From: Hypanus sabinus
Lineage: Eukaryota
DNA: 64,000 nucleotides
Assembly: GCF_030144855.1 (NCBI RefSeq)
Contig: NC_082717.1
Span: forward strand, 5,146,001-5,210,000
Reading direction: 5' to 3'
Position 1 is the stretch's first letter; the number at the start of each line of letters is the position of its first letter. This document shows, in pieces, positions 13,116 through 23,520 of this stretch. The translations under genes were made by a program, and so were the position numbers. The notes beneath the pieces were generated by a model. It made no database searches. It saw nothing but the letters and a program-made list of their open reading frames with translations, and was not told where the DNA came from.

Positions 13116-14428
13116 TCATACTCTTGTAAAATCAAACTCCAACGTTCTATTTTTGTTTTTCACCTTACTCAAAAACACTAATGGATTATGAGCTGAACAA
13201 ACAATAAGTGGTGCCCGAACATCAAAATGCTGCAAAGCAAATATAAGTGATAATAATTCCTTCTCTATGGTGGAATAATTTATTTGATGCTTATTGAGTT
13301 TCTTTGAAAAGTAAGTCACAGGATGGTCAACATCATCATAGTCATCCCTTTGTAGTAACAATGCTCCTGCAACTTCGTCACTGGCATCCATGGCTATGGG
13401 AAATGGCTTTGCAAAGTCAGGTGACCTAAGCACAAGTAGATGACATAAGGTGGCCTTCATTTTCACAAATGCCTCCTGGTAAGGCTCTGTCCAAACAATT
13501 TTTTTACCCTTCTTCAGGATGTTAGTCAATGGGAGGGCAATATCAACATAGTTCTTACAGAATTTGCAATAATATCCGACTATTCCCAGGAATCTTCAAA
13601 GAGCCTTTTTACCGGTTGGAGTGGGAAACTCAAAAATGCCTGAACTTTTGCCTGAACAGGAGCCAATCTGCCATGACTGACAACATAGGTCACATAGGTC
13701 AAGATAGGTCACAGTGGCATGGCCAAATTCACCCTTAGCTAAGTTAACGGTAAGGTTGGCCTTTGAGAGTCTGACAAACAGCTTTTCCACTGCAGAGATA
13801 TGGGCTTCCCTTGTGTCATTTCCTGTGACCAAATCATCAATATAGGCATCTGTGTGTTTAAACCCTTGAATTACAGAATTAATCATTTTCTGGAATGTTC
13901 CCAGAGCATTTTTTCATTCCAAATGGCAGAACATTGTATTCATACAATCCAGAAGGCATTACATATGCAGAAATTACTCTACCCCTATCCGTAAAAGGAA
14001 CACGCCAATATCCTCTTAACAGATCAATTTTTGTAAGAAACTTAGCTTTTCCAACCTTGTCTACACAATCATCCACTCTAGGGATTGGATAAGCATCAGT
14101 TTTTGTTGTAGTATTCACCTTTCTGTAATCAGTGCAGAACCTGAAACTACCATCTGGTTTAGGTACCATAACACTAGATGAGCTCCAATATGAAGTAGAA
14201 TGCCTAATAATACCATTTTCTAACATATACTCAACTTCTTGATCAGCAAGTCTACATTTTTTAACATTCATGTGATACGGATGCTGTTTTATGGGTTCGG
14301 CATCACTAACGTCTGCATCATGTGAGGCCACTGGTGTTCTTTTTGGAACATCAGGGAACAAATCCGAATATTTCATCATCAACTTCTTCATTTGCTGCCA
14401 CTGCTGTAGTTGTAGCTGCAGTTTTTCA
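13116..14428 (-). pseudogene. Gmr1-like RT and RNase H (frameshifted)
   Basis: KPDGSFRFCTDYRKVN, YPIPRVDD, LPFGM, AYIDDL, FAKPFPIAMDASD, YSTIEKELL. Confidence 0.92.
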
Positions 14429-16045
14429 TCAAGAATGCCGCAAGGATTTAAACATTCACCACACGTTTTTAATCAGGTATTGAAGGCAGACCTAGAGGGT
14501 ATGCCATTGGAAAGTACATTGTTACAGTATGTGGATGACCTGTTGATTTGCTCCCACAGCAAGGAACAGTGTAAGCAGGACACTATAACTCTGTTAGAGA
14601 AACTAGCGCGCGGAGGACATAAAGCATCCAGAAAGAAACTGCAATTTTGCATGCAGCAAGTGGAATACTTAGGCAGGGTAACATCCAAGGGAGTGAAGGC
14701 AATAGCACCAGGTCAGATTGAGGCAATAACTAAGGCCCCCAAACCTCAGACTGTAGGGCAGATGATGATGTTTTTGGGAATGGCAGGATACAGTTCAGAT
14801 TGGATAGGAGAATATGCTGAGATTGTGGCACCTTTAAGAAAGATAATGAAAGAAGCAGGACATACAAATTTGAAAAACGGCTCACAGTGGAATGGAGAGG
14901 CGGAGACAGCTTTCAATACTATTAAGCAGGAATTGCAGTCAACACCAGCATTAGCTTTGCCTGACTACGAGAAGGTTTTTCATTTGTATGTGTCCAACCG
15001 ACAAGAGGGTTATGTTACAGCAATTCTAACACAAGAGACAGGCACAGGAAAAGCAAAGCAGCCAATAGCATACTACAGTACGAGACTAGATGAGGTGGCT
15101 CAGGGGTATCCACCCTGTTATCAGGGATTGGCGGCCCTGTACTATGCATATGAAAAGGCATCATCTGTAACCCTGGGCTATCCCGTGACTCTGTACACAC
15201 ACCACAAAGTAGCAGAGTTGCTGGAAAGAGGGAAATTTGTGTTGACGCCAGCTAGGATAGCAGCATATCAGATGCTATTGACATTTCCAGATATAACTAT
15301 ACAGAGATGCACTACCAGTAATATAGCCAATTATGTCCCTTTAGACTATGAAGGAGAACCCCATGATTGTGTAGGGAAGACAATAGCATTTGTCAAATTA
15401 AGAGCAGATTTACGGTCAGAACCACTAGAGGATGCAGATAAAAAGGTTCTGTTCGTAGATGGTTCTTGTTATAGGGACTATGATGGAAATCATGCAGGGT
15501 TCTCAGTCGTGCAGCAGGATCAGTCGAGCTATAAGATTATTAGGATGGAGTCCTGTTCCCAACCGTGTTCCACCCAACTAGCGGAAATCAAAGCCCTGAC
15601 AGCTGCGTGTGAAATGATGGAAGGTGAGAACGTAGACATCTATACTGATTCAGCATATGCTCATGGAGTATGCCATTTGTTCGGGGCAGTGTGGAAGCAG
15701 AGAGGTTTTCAAAAAAGTAATGGAGATCCCATACAACATTGTCAGCAAATTCTAGCCTTAATAAAAGCCATAATGAAACCTAAAGCACTGTCTATAATAA
15801 AATGCCAGGCACACAAAAAGGGAAATGATGTAATAACAAAGGGAAATCAAGCTGCGGACGAGGCAGCCAGAAAAGCGTCTGGGTGTACGTCAGCTGTCAT
15901 TGCCCCCCAGGTAAACCTAACTCCAGAACCTGAGGTAAAGGACCTAATTGAAATACAAGGTAAGGCAACTTTGGCAGAACAGACAATGTGGAGACAAAGC
16001 AGAACCCGGAAGGCTTATGGAGCACGGAAGACGGTTTGTTGGTAG
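14429..16045 (+). CDS. ERV pol fragment: RT C-half, connection domain, RNase H (about 538 uninterrupted codons)
   Basis: RMPQGFKHSPHVF, LQYVDDLL, FLGMAGY, LFVDGSC, LAEIKAL, YTDSAYA, KCQAH..GNQAADEAA; the first 46 codons of the track ORF are antisense Gmr1 sequence. Confidence 0.9.
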   Translation, partial: SRMPQGFKHSPHVFNQVLKADLEGMPLESTLLQYVDDLLICSHSKEQCKQDTITLLEKLARGGHKASRKKLQFCMQQVEYLGRVTSKGVKAIAPGQIEAITKAPKPQTVGQMMMFLGMAGYSSDWIGEYAEIVAPLRKIMKEAGHTNLKNGSQWNGEAETAFNTIKQELQSTPALALPDYEKVFHLYVSNRQEGYVTAILTQETGTGKAKQPIAYYSTRLDEVAQGYPPCYQGLAALYYAYEKASSVTLGYPVTLYTHHKVAELLERGKFVLTPARIAAYQMLLTFPDITIQRCTTSNIANYVPLDYEGEPHDCVGKTIAFVKLRADLRSEPLEDADKKVLFVDGSCYRDYDGNHAGFSVVQQDQSSYKIIRMESCSQPCSTQLAEIKALTAACEMMEGENVDIYTDSAYAHGVCHLFGAVWKQRGFQKSNGDPIQHCQQILALIKAIMKPKALSIIKCQAHKKGNDVITKGNQAADEAARKASGCTSAVIAPQVNLTPEPEVKDLIEIQGKATLAEQTMWRQSRTRKAYGARKTVCW

Positions 16046-16733
16046 CGCCCACCCCTCTCCTGACGATTCTGATTTCAGAAGCGCATGGGATGGACCATTG
16101 TGCAAGGGGGGAAGGGATAAAGAAAATAAAGAAAATAAAGAAGGATGGTTTTTGGTCACCTTATTTATAGGCTTCAGTGGACTTTGTCTTGTCACAGTGC
16201 GAGGTATGCACACAGAATAATGTTCGGAAGGGAATTACAACCCCAATAGGTCACATTCCTGTACCTGAAGGACCATTTAAACATCTGGTGATCGATTACG
16301 TAGACATGATAAAGACAGTGAGAGGGAAAAGATACATGTTGGTAGTAATTGATCGATTCAGCAGATGGGTGGAGGCGGTACCTTCAAAAGATCAAGGGGC
16401 AAAGACAGTGGTAAAATTTCTGACAAATGAAGTGATCCCAAGGTTTGGAATACCTACAGAAGTTAGCTCAGACAATGGTTCAGCTTTTATCCAGAAAGTG
16501 GTCAAACTGGTACTACAAGCGCTGAGGATAAAGCAAAGATTTGGATGTGTATACCACCCTCAGTCGCAGGGCATGGTAGAAAGAATTAATGGAACCCTGA
16601 AAGCCAAACTAAACAAAATTTGTGCAGACACTATATTTAATTGGGTCGATGCTTTACTGTTAGCATTGATGAGTTACCGCATGCATACTAATCGAATAAC
16701 ATGCCTGACACCACATGAGATGCTCACTGGGAA
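15990..16733 (+). pseudogene. ERV integrase (HHCC and DDE core), with a frameshift, one stop and a deleted C-terminus
   Basis: HGMDHC..CEVC, LVIDYVDM, VIDRFSRWVEA, SSDNGSAF, HPQSQGMVERIN; TAG at about 16168. Confidence 0.9.
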
Positions 16734-17354
16734 GCTATCATACCTGTGATAGGGGTAAGCAAAAATGTTGAATGGATAAACTATATATACTATAATCAGC
16801 AGACATTCATCAACTACACCGATGATGCACTGGAGGCCTTAGGGCAACAGCTAGATGCAAATAGCAGGATGTCATGGCAAAACAGGCAGGTACTGGATTG
16901 GCTTTTGGCAGAAAAAGGGGGTGTGTGTGTAATGTTTGGAGAACAATGCTGCACTTTCATACTGAACAATACTAGCCCAGAAGGATCATTTACTAAAGCA
17001 ATGAATAAATTAAAGAATCTGCAGACGGAGGTCAAACAGAATGCAGGATTTGAACATCAGTTTCTTGATTGGTTAGAAAGCAGACTTGGAGGATGGGGAG
17101 CATAGCTGACTAAAATAGCAATAACTGTCAGTATTGTATTGTTGAGCTGTGCGTTTGTGCTGTGCTGTTTTCTTCCTTGTCTCAAATCTCTTGTAGTGCG
17201 TGCTGCAACCAAACAAATTCCGATGCTCATGGCAATTACTGAAGCAAGCTTAGTGGAGAAAGAAACACCGAAAATGTATCGTTACAGCCTACAACACCTG
17301 CAGGATGAACAAGAGCAAAACAACAGTATGGGAGTAGATTGTAAGGGCTTATGA
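16733..17354 (+). pseudogene. ERV env transmembrane subunit (gamma-type); SU deleted; one stop before the membrane anchor
   Basis: AIIPVIGV, heptad region, immunosuppressive domain QNRQVLDWLLAEKGGVC, CX6CC (CVMFGEQCC), TAG at 17103-17105, then hydrophobic IAITVSIVLLSCAFVLCCFL. Confidence 0.9.
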
Positions 17355-17560
17355 GTCTTTTTCCCTGTCTCAGGTACAAAGGGACAGGTTTTTGGCTCAG
17401 CGGCCCAGGGTAGCAGGAAGAGAACACTTTGAGGTCTTGGCGCAGAAAATTATAGTTTACCCGAGATTTGGGAACAAATGCTTGAGCTTATTGGGGCTTT
17501 TGTGCGCGGACTCTTGGTCTTCTTTCTCTGTGTGAGCCCCTCTGGGTCTCAAAGGGGGGA

Positions 17561-18084
17561 TATATTGGAGTATAAAAGAGTATAAAAGTATAAATTTTAA
17601 CTATGAAGTCAGTTATTTGCTATGCATGTACTCAATTTAGTAGAATGACAATGGTATGTTAACGAGAGGTAGCTAAAGAGCTAAAGAAATGTAGATTAGA
17701 ACATTGCTCAGTTCTGAGTTTATTATTTGCTGTGCATGTAACCAATTTGGTAGGAGACTGAAGTCTTAAAAATGTAGAAGACAATGGTGTGTTAGTGAGA
17801 GGTAGCTAAGAAATGTAGATTAGAACATGATTAAGCCAATTGATAGGAACAATAGGGACATGGTGTACATTTAGTATATGTAATATGCAACTATAGATCG
17901 ATTACATATGCTAAGGCAACTGGACCAGGAAATTGCTATAAAAAATGCCGTGTCCGAGGATCGGTGGGCAATCAACGACTAGCTCAATGACTGTCTCAGC
18001 TTTGATTTGCAAATTAAAGTTTAACCTTTCTTGAAGAATCTTCTGTGTCTCCTGGTCATTTGTGAGGCACGAAAAGCCACAACA
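17561..18084 (+). promoter_or_regulatory. ERV 3' LTR
   Basis: PPT AAAGGGGGGA at 17551-17560; TATAAAA at 17937-17943; ATTAAA at 18013-18018; ends in CA at the junction with the Gmr1 integrase; starts TA rather than TG. Confidence 0.82.
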
Positions 18085-19400
18085 CTATCTGGTATTTTGA
18101 CTACATAATCCACATCATTGACCATAGACACAATTTCATAGGGACTACGAAACCTGGCCTACAGAGGATTTGGCAGCACAGGGAAAAGAACGAGTACCTT
18201 ATCTCCTGGCATAAATGACCTAACTCTGGCTTTCTTATCATACCAGGTTTTTATTTTATTATGAGCAGATTTTAAATTTTCACTCGCTAGGCTGCAAGCC
18301 CTTTTCAAACTGTCCTTGAATTTTAAAATATAGTCCAACAAATGTATATGCAGGTCATTGTTGGCCCACTGCTCTCTTAACAATGACAAAGGATCTCTGA
18401 CCTGGAGCCCAAACACAACTTCGAAAGGGCTGAAGCCTAGGGACTCTGACACAAACTCCCTTACTGCAAACAGAAGTAAGTGAACTCCCTCATCCCAATC
18501 CTTCTCATTTTCAAAACAGAATGTCCTAATCATGGTTTTGAATGTAAAATGGAATCTTTCTGAGGCCCCTTTGGATTCTGGATGATACGCAGATGACGTA
18601 ATCTGTTTGGATCCCAGTTCGTAAAGTACCTGCTCAGATAATCCTGACATAAAATTACTGCCTTGAGCAGATTGAATTTCTTTAGGCAGACCAAATAGGG
18701 TGAAAAATTTTATGAGAAGCTTCAACACAGTTGGAGCTTTGATATTCTTGAGTGGTATTGCTTCCAGGAATCTAGATGCTGTGCACATGATGGTTAGCAA
18801 ATACTGATGGCCAGCTCTATTCTTTGACAATGGGCCAGCACAATCCACAATAACTTTAGAAAAGGTTTCACCAAATGCAGGAATAGGCTATAGTGGAGCC
18901 ACTGGGGTGACCTGATTAGGTTTATCCACAACCTGACAAGTGTGACAAGTTCGGCAAAATGTCACAACATCTTTCCTCAAACCAGGCTAGAAGAATTGTT
19001 TCAAAACCTTGTCCAGAGTTTTATTCATACCAAGATGGCCACCCAAAGCATACTATGGGCCAAGGATAAAACCTCATTCCTGTAGACCTTAGGAACTACA
19101 ACTTGGTGAAAAATTGCCTATTCCTCACTTGCCAGCATATCAGGTGGTCTCCACTTCCTCATTAACACTCCATCCTTGAAATAATACCCAACTGGCACTT
19201 TCTCAATCTGATCACCTGAGAGAACTTTTTCTCTCAATGCAGCAATCTCAGGGTCTCTGGTCTGTTCCACTATAAACTCCTTCCTGGACAGAGACAAATC
19301 TTTATAGTCAGTCCTAATACAAGGATCTTGGACAAACAATGAAGGAAGGAAAGTCACTGACAGGTCACCAAACCTGAGTCTCCATTTGGGCTATCATAGG
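18085..19400 (-). pseudogene. Gmr1-like integrase
   Basis: GGHLGMNKT..CRTCHTCQ zinc motif, DCAGPL, YHPESKGASERFH, VLVLFP..PYEIV. Confidence 0.92.
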
Positions 19401-19499
19401 TAGTGGAACCATGCTGCACAGGGCCATATGCACTGGCAAGCTTCTTTGTTATAGCTCAAGTTACTGCGCGGGATGGATAAATGTTAGAATCCATCTCTG

Positions 19500-19885
19500 G
19501 ATCATCAGTGATAGGCTTAGTCATCAGCTGCACTGCAGGGACTACTTTTCCACCTGCTAGGTCATTCCCTAACAACAAATAAAGACCTTTCATCAGTAAA
19601 CTGGGCCATCGTCCCATCTTAACTGGTCCTGAAACTAACTATGACTTCAAAATTACCTTGTGCAGAGGTACAGAAACAATGTCACCCCCAATGCCTTGAA
19701 AGAGATTTACCTCACCAGTGTCAATCTCACCACAAAACTCTAGAACATTGTCTAACAAGAGTGATTGAGAAATCCCAGTATCTCGAAGAATTTTCACTGG
19801 CATCGATGGTGACTCTTTATTTACTGAAACAAATCCCTCTGACTCAAAAGGAATGAATTCTTTTCTAACCAGGTCAGACATCCTG
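19500..19885 (-). pseudogene. Gmr1-like aspartic protease
   Basis: GFVS..VKILRDTGISQSLLL (DTG motif). Confidence 0.85.
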
Positions 19886-21096
19886 ACAGAGCTTCATCAG
19901 AAAGTCCAGAACCCTGTGAGTTTATAGGTGTTTCAAATTGTTGAACACAGGCATCTAGAACTGCCTCCTTTTCCTTCTTCTTCCTCAGGAGGAAAGAATT
20001 AGACATAACATGACCAGATTTCTTGCAATAATGACAAGTACACCCATAATGTTTCTCCTTTAATTGCTTCCCTTCATCTGTACTGTTGTTGCTATTCCCA
20101 GATTTGATTTCTGGTTTACCCTGATTATCCATGTTATTCTTTTGCAGGGTCTTACCTGGTGTAAACTTAAACTTGTGGGTTAGAGCAAATTCATCTGCTA
20201 ACTTAGCCAATTTTTGCCAAGTGGCAATATCCTTCTCATATAAATATGTTTTTATGTCATTATGGATGCATCTTTTAAACGCTTCAATTAAAACCAACTC
20301 TTTCAATTTGTTGTAATCATCATTCACATTTTTAGATGTGTACTCTCGTTCAAAACAGATAGATTTCACATAAGCATATTCCACATGTGTCAGGCTCACA
20401 GATTTCCTCAAATTCCTAAACATTTGCCTATACGCCTCTGGAACCAGTTCATAGCCTTTAAGCAAAGCCTGCTTTACTGTCTCATAGTCAGCTGCACCTT
20501 CAATGCAGTGCAGAATAAGCCTGCTGAGCCTTACCTTTAATTACACTCTGCAACAGGAGAAGCCAACATACTCTTGGTCATTGTAGGCTCTAAGCAACAT
20601 TTTCAAAATGCTGGAAGTAATAATCAACCTCAACCTCATCAAATGGAGGGACCAATTTAACTTCTCGACTGGCAGCAAACTTACCACTAGAGCCAGAAGT
20701 TTGACTCATGAGCTTTAGCTTCTCTATCTCAAACAGACTTAGTTTTTTCTCTTTCTGCAGCTTCCAGCCGTCTTTGTCATTCCCAAACTCAAATCTAAGT
20801 TTCTCTAACTTTAGTTGTTCCATCCATAACTAGAGCTCAGGGTCATCTGATTTACTTTCAGGAAACAGTTCTAACACCCCGGCTTTGAGCACATCCATAG
20901 ATATATAGTGCTCAACTATACTCCTCTGAAACTCTGCCTTTTTCATAGCCCGCATTATCGTAATAAGTTTCAACTTACCAGCAATGACCAAAAACTCTGC
21001 CTGCCTATAATACGTCAAAGGTTGATGATGCCAGGAGTCTATTAATATCCAATGCAGCAGGCTTCCACACACGTCAATCAAAAGGGAAGTAATCAA
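19885..21096 (-). pseudogene. Gmr1-like gag with SCAN-like capsid domain and zinc knuckle
   Basis: LVPPFDEVEVDYYFQHFE, YELVPEAYRQMFR..LKELVLIEAFK..LADEF, CHYCKKSGHVMSNS (last Cys lost). Confidence 0.88.
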
Positions 21097-21138
21097 TCAA
21101 ATTGAAATGAACCAATCAATAAGCTAAAATTTATTTAG

Positions 21139-21156
21139 ATCCCGGACAAGCCCCCA
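21139..21156 (-). promoter_or_regulatory. Primer-binding site, tRNA-Pro type
   Basis: TGGGGGCTTGTCCGGGAT, 17/18 match to the canonical Pro PBS TGGGGGCTCGTCCGGGAT, 5 nt after the 5' LTR. Confidence 0.88.
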
Positions 21157-21161
21157 ATTTA

Positions 21162-21921
21162 TGTTATGTGCCAGCAGCAATAGACCACACACTGAGTCAG
21201 GTTTTAATGTTGAACACCTATAATTTTGCATCTACACAAAATGCAGAAAATTAAACTGACTGCTCTCCTAAATAGAAGTTAACAGTTTTATGAATTTGTA
21301 GCTCCCAAACTGTCAAGCTTAGGAACAGTTCTTCACAAATCTTACTCAACATAGTTTTAGGATGGCAATCTAGAAAGTTCCAGTAATCCGCAGGATAGGT
21401 AAGGAGAGAAACTTGTAAATCTGCATTGAAATGTACCGATGAGGCGATCACGAAGAATTCCAAAGGTTCTACGCTGGGAAAACAAATTAACAGTCAGTGA
21501 AGATCTCAGCCAATGAAGAGGGATCCAAAATACACATAGAGATATCACAAGGTGACAGTCACGGAATATTCCTTAGCACAAGTAGTCACCACATAACACA
21601 CTCGAATCCCTGTAAGGGTTAACAAGAACCGCACACCACAGAATACTCCAGAAATCCACATTTGGATCATACGAAGTGACAACCACGCATCCAATTTGCA
21701 CTGAGTGCTGCTAATGATCACAATCCTCTGGGCATGGGGAAATATTACACTTGCCCATTGCTGTAGCCAGCTCTCCCGCTGGTAACTCACAGTCCAAGCT
21801 CTTAACTCTCTGCCAAATATCCCAGCAACCTCTCCGCATTTTGTTATACTGATATCATCCACCTGCCTCATGCAGGCGTTTGAAGTGATGCTCACAGAAA
21901 AAAAAACATTGACCCGTAACA
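21162..21921 (-). promoter_or_regulatory. 5' LTR of the Gmr1-like element
   Basis: TGTTA...TAACA termini; direct repeat of 12123-12878; followed by the PBS. Confidence 0.93.
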
Positions 21922-23183
21922 ATATCATCTGCAAACTTTGCCACAAAGGCATCAATTCCATTATCTAAATCATTGACAAGCATTGTGAAAAGTAATGGTT
22001 CCAATTCGGACCCTCTGAGGAACACCACCAGTCACTGATAGCCAACCAGAAAAGGCCACCTTTATTCCTAATTGCTGCCTCCTGACTGTCAGCCAATGTT
22101 CTATCCATGCAGTAACTTTCCTGTAATGCCATCGGATTTTATCTTGTTTAGCAGCTTCATGTGTGGCACCTTATCAAATGCCTTCTGAAAATCCAAGTAA
22201 ATGATAGCCACTGCCTCTCCTTTTTTCACACTGCTTGTTACTTCCTCAAAAAAACTGTAACAGATTTGTCAGGCAACATATCACTTCAAAGAAAATACTG
22301 ACTTGACTTCTTAATCATTAGGCGCCAAGTATCCCACAAGTTTATCGTTAATAATGGACTGTAGCACTTTCCCAACCACTCAGGATAGGCTAACTGGCCT
22401 ATTTTTTTTCTCTTACTCTCTTCATAAAGAGTAGAGTTACATTTGCAATTTTCCATTTCTTTAGAACCATGGCAGAATCAGGAGATTCTTGAAAGAAGGT
22501 AACCAATGCATCTGCTATCTCTTCAGCAGCTTCTTTCAGAAATCTGGCATATAGCCCACCTGGTCCAGGTGACTTATCCCCTTTAAGTCCTTTCAGTTTG
22601 CCTTGCATGTTTTCTTTTGTAATGGCAATGGCTCTCATACCTGCTCTGTGACACTCACAAACCTCAGACATACCACTAGTGTCTTTCAAAGTGAAGACAG
22701 ATACAAAGTACCCATTGAGGTCTTCTGCAATTTATTTGTCTCTGATTCCTACCACACCAGTATCATTTTCCAGTGGTCAAATATCAACAATCACCTTCCT
22801 TTTCCTCTTTATACTTCTGAAAAATCTTTTAGAATCCTGCTTTATTATTGGCTAGTTTGCCCACATATTTCATCTTTTCCCTTTTTATGTCTTTTTTTGG
22901 TTACCTTTTGTTGGATTTTAAAAGCTTCCCAGTCATTGAACTTTGCACATTTTTTAGCTACATTATATGCCATTGGCTGTTATGCAGTCCTTAACTTCCC
23001 TTGTCAGCCACGGTTGCTTACCTATGCCATTTGAGAAATTCTTCTTCTGTGGGATATGTCTATCCTGTGCCTTGAGATCTATTCCCAAAAACTCCAGCCG
23101 CTTTGGTCTCACATCTTCCCTGACAGTCTCCTCCTCCAATATATCTGGTCAAGCTGCTCACTCATGCCTCTGTAACTCTCTTT

Positions 23184-23520
23184 AGAAACATAGAACATAG
23201 AAAAAACTACAGCACAGTACAGGTCCCTTGGCCCACAATGCTGTGCCAAACATGTCCTTACCTTAGAAATTACCTCGGCTTACCCATTTTTCTAAGCTCC
23301 ATGTACTTGCCCAGGAGTCTCTTAAAAGACCTTATTGTTTACGCCTCCACCACCGCTGTCGGCAGCCCAACAACTTATCCCTGACATCTCCTCTATACCT
23401 ACTTCCAAGCACCTTAAAACTATGCCCTCTCATGCTAGGCATTTCAACCCTGGGAAAAAGCCTCTGACTATATGCACGAACAATGCCTCTCATTATCTTG
23501 TACACCTCTATCAGGTCACC
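23184..23520 (-). mobile_element. CR1 3' fragment nested in the host CR1
   Basis: tagaaacatagaacatag tail; same 3' end type as 1086-1430. Confidence 0.85.

Larger units (their letters stand above)
14429..18084 (+). mobile_element. Class I (gamma/epsilon-like) endogenous retrovirus remnant: 5'-truncated pol, IN, env TM, 3' LTR
   Basis: Retroviral RT, RNase H, integrase and gamma-type env motifs in order, then PPT and an LTR ending CCACAACA. Confidence 0.92.
12123..21921 (-). mobile_element. Gmr1-like Ty3/Gypsy LTR retrotransposon (gag-PR-INT-RT-RH), two LTRs, ATAT TSD, interrupted by an ERV
   Basis: LTRs at 12123-12878 and 21162-21921; TSD ATAT at 12119-12122 and 21922-21925; PBS, PPT and all pol domains recognisable. 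Confidence 0.93.

Noticed and set aside
14291-14428. N-terminal extension of the 584-aa ORF
   Set aside because: It is the antisense strand of the Gmr1 RT region, open by chance; the retroviral part begins at about 14429
21922-21935. Insertions hitting catalytic motifs (Gmr1 next to FADD; CR1 in the esterase GDS at 39397)
   Set aside because: Two cases among dozens of insertions are compatible with chance, and I see no mechanism
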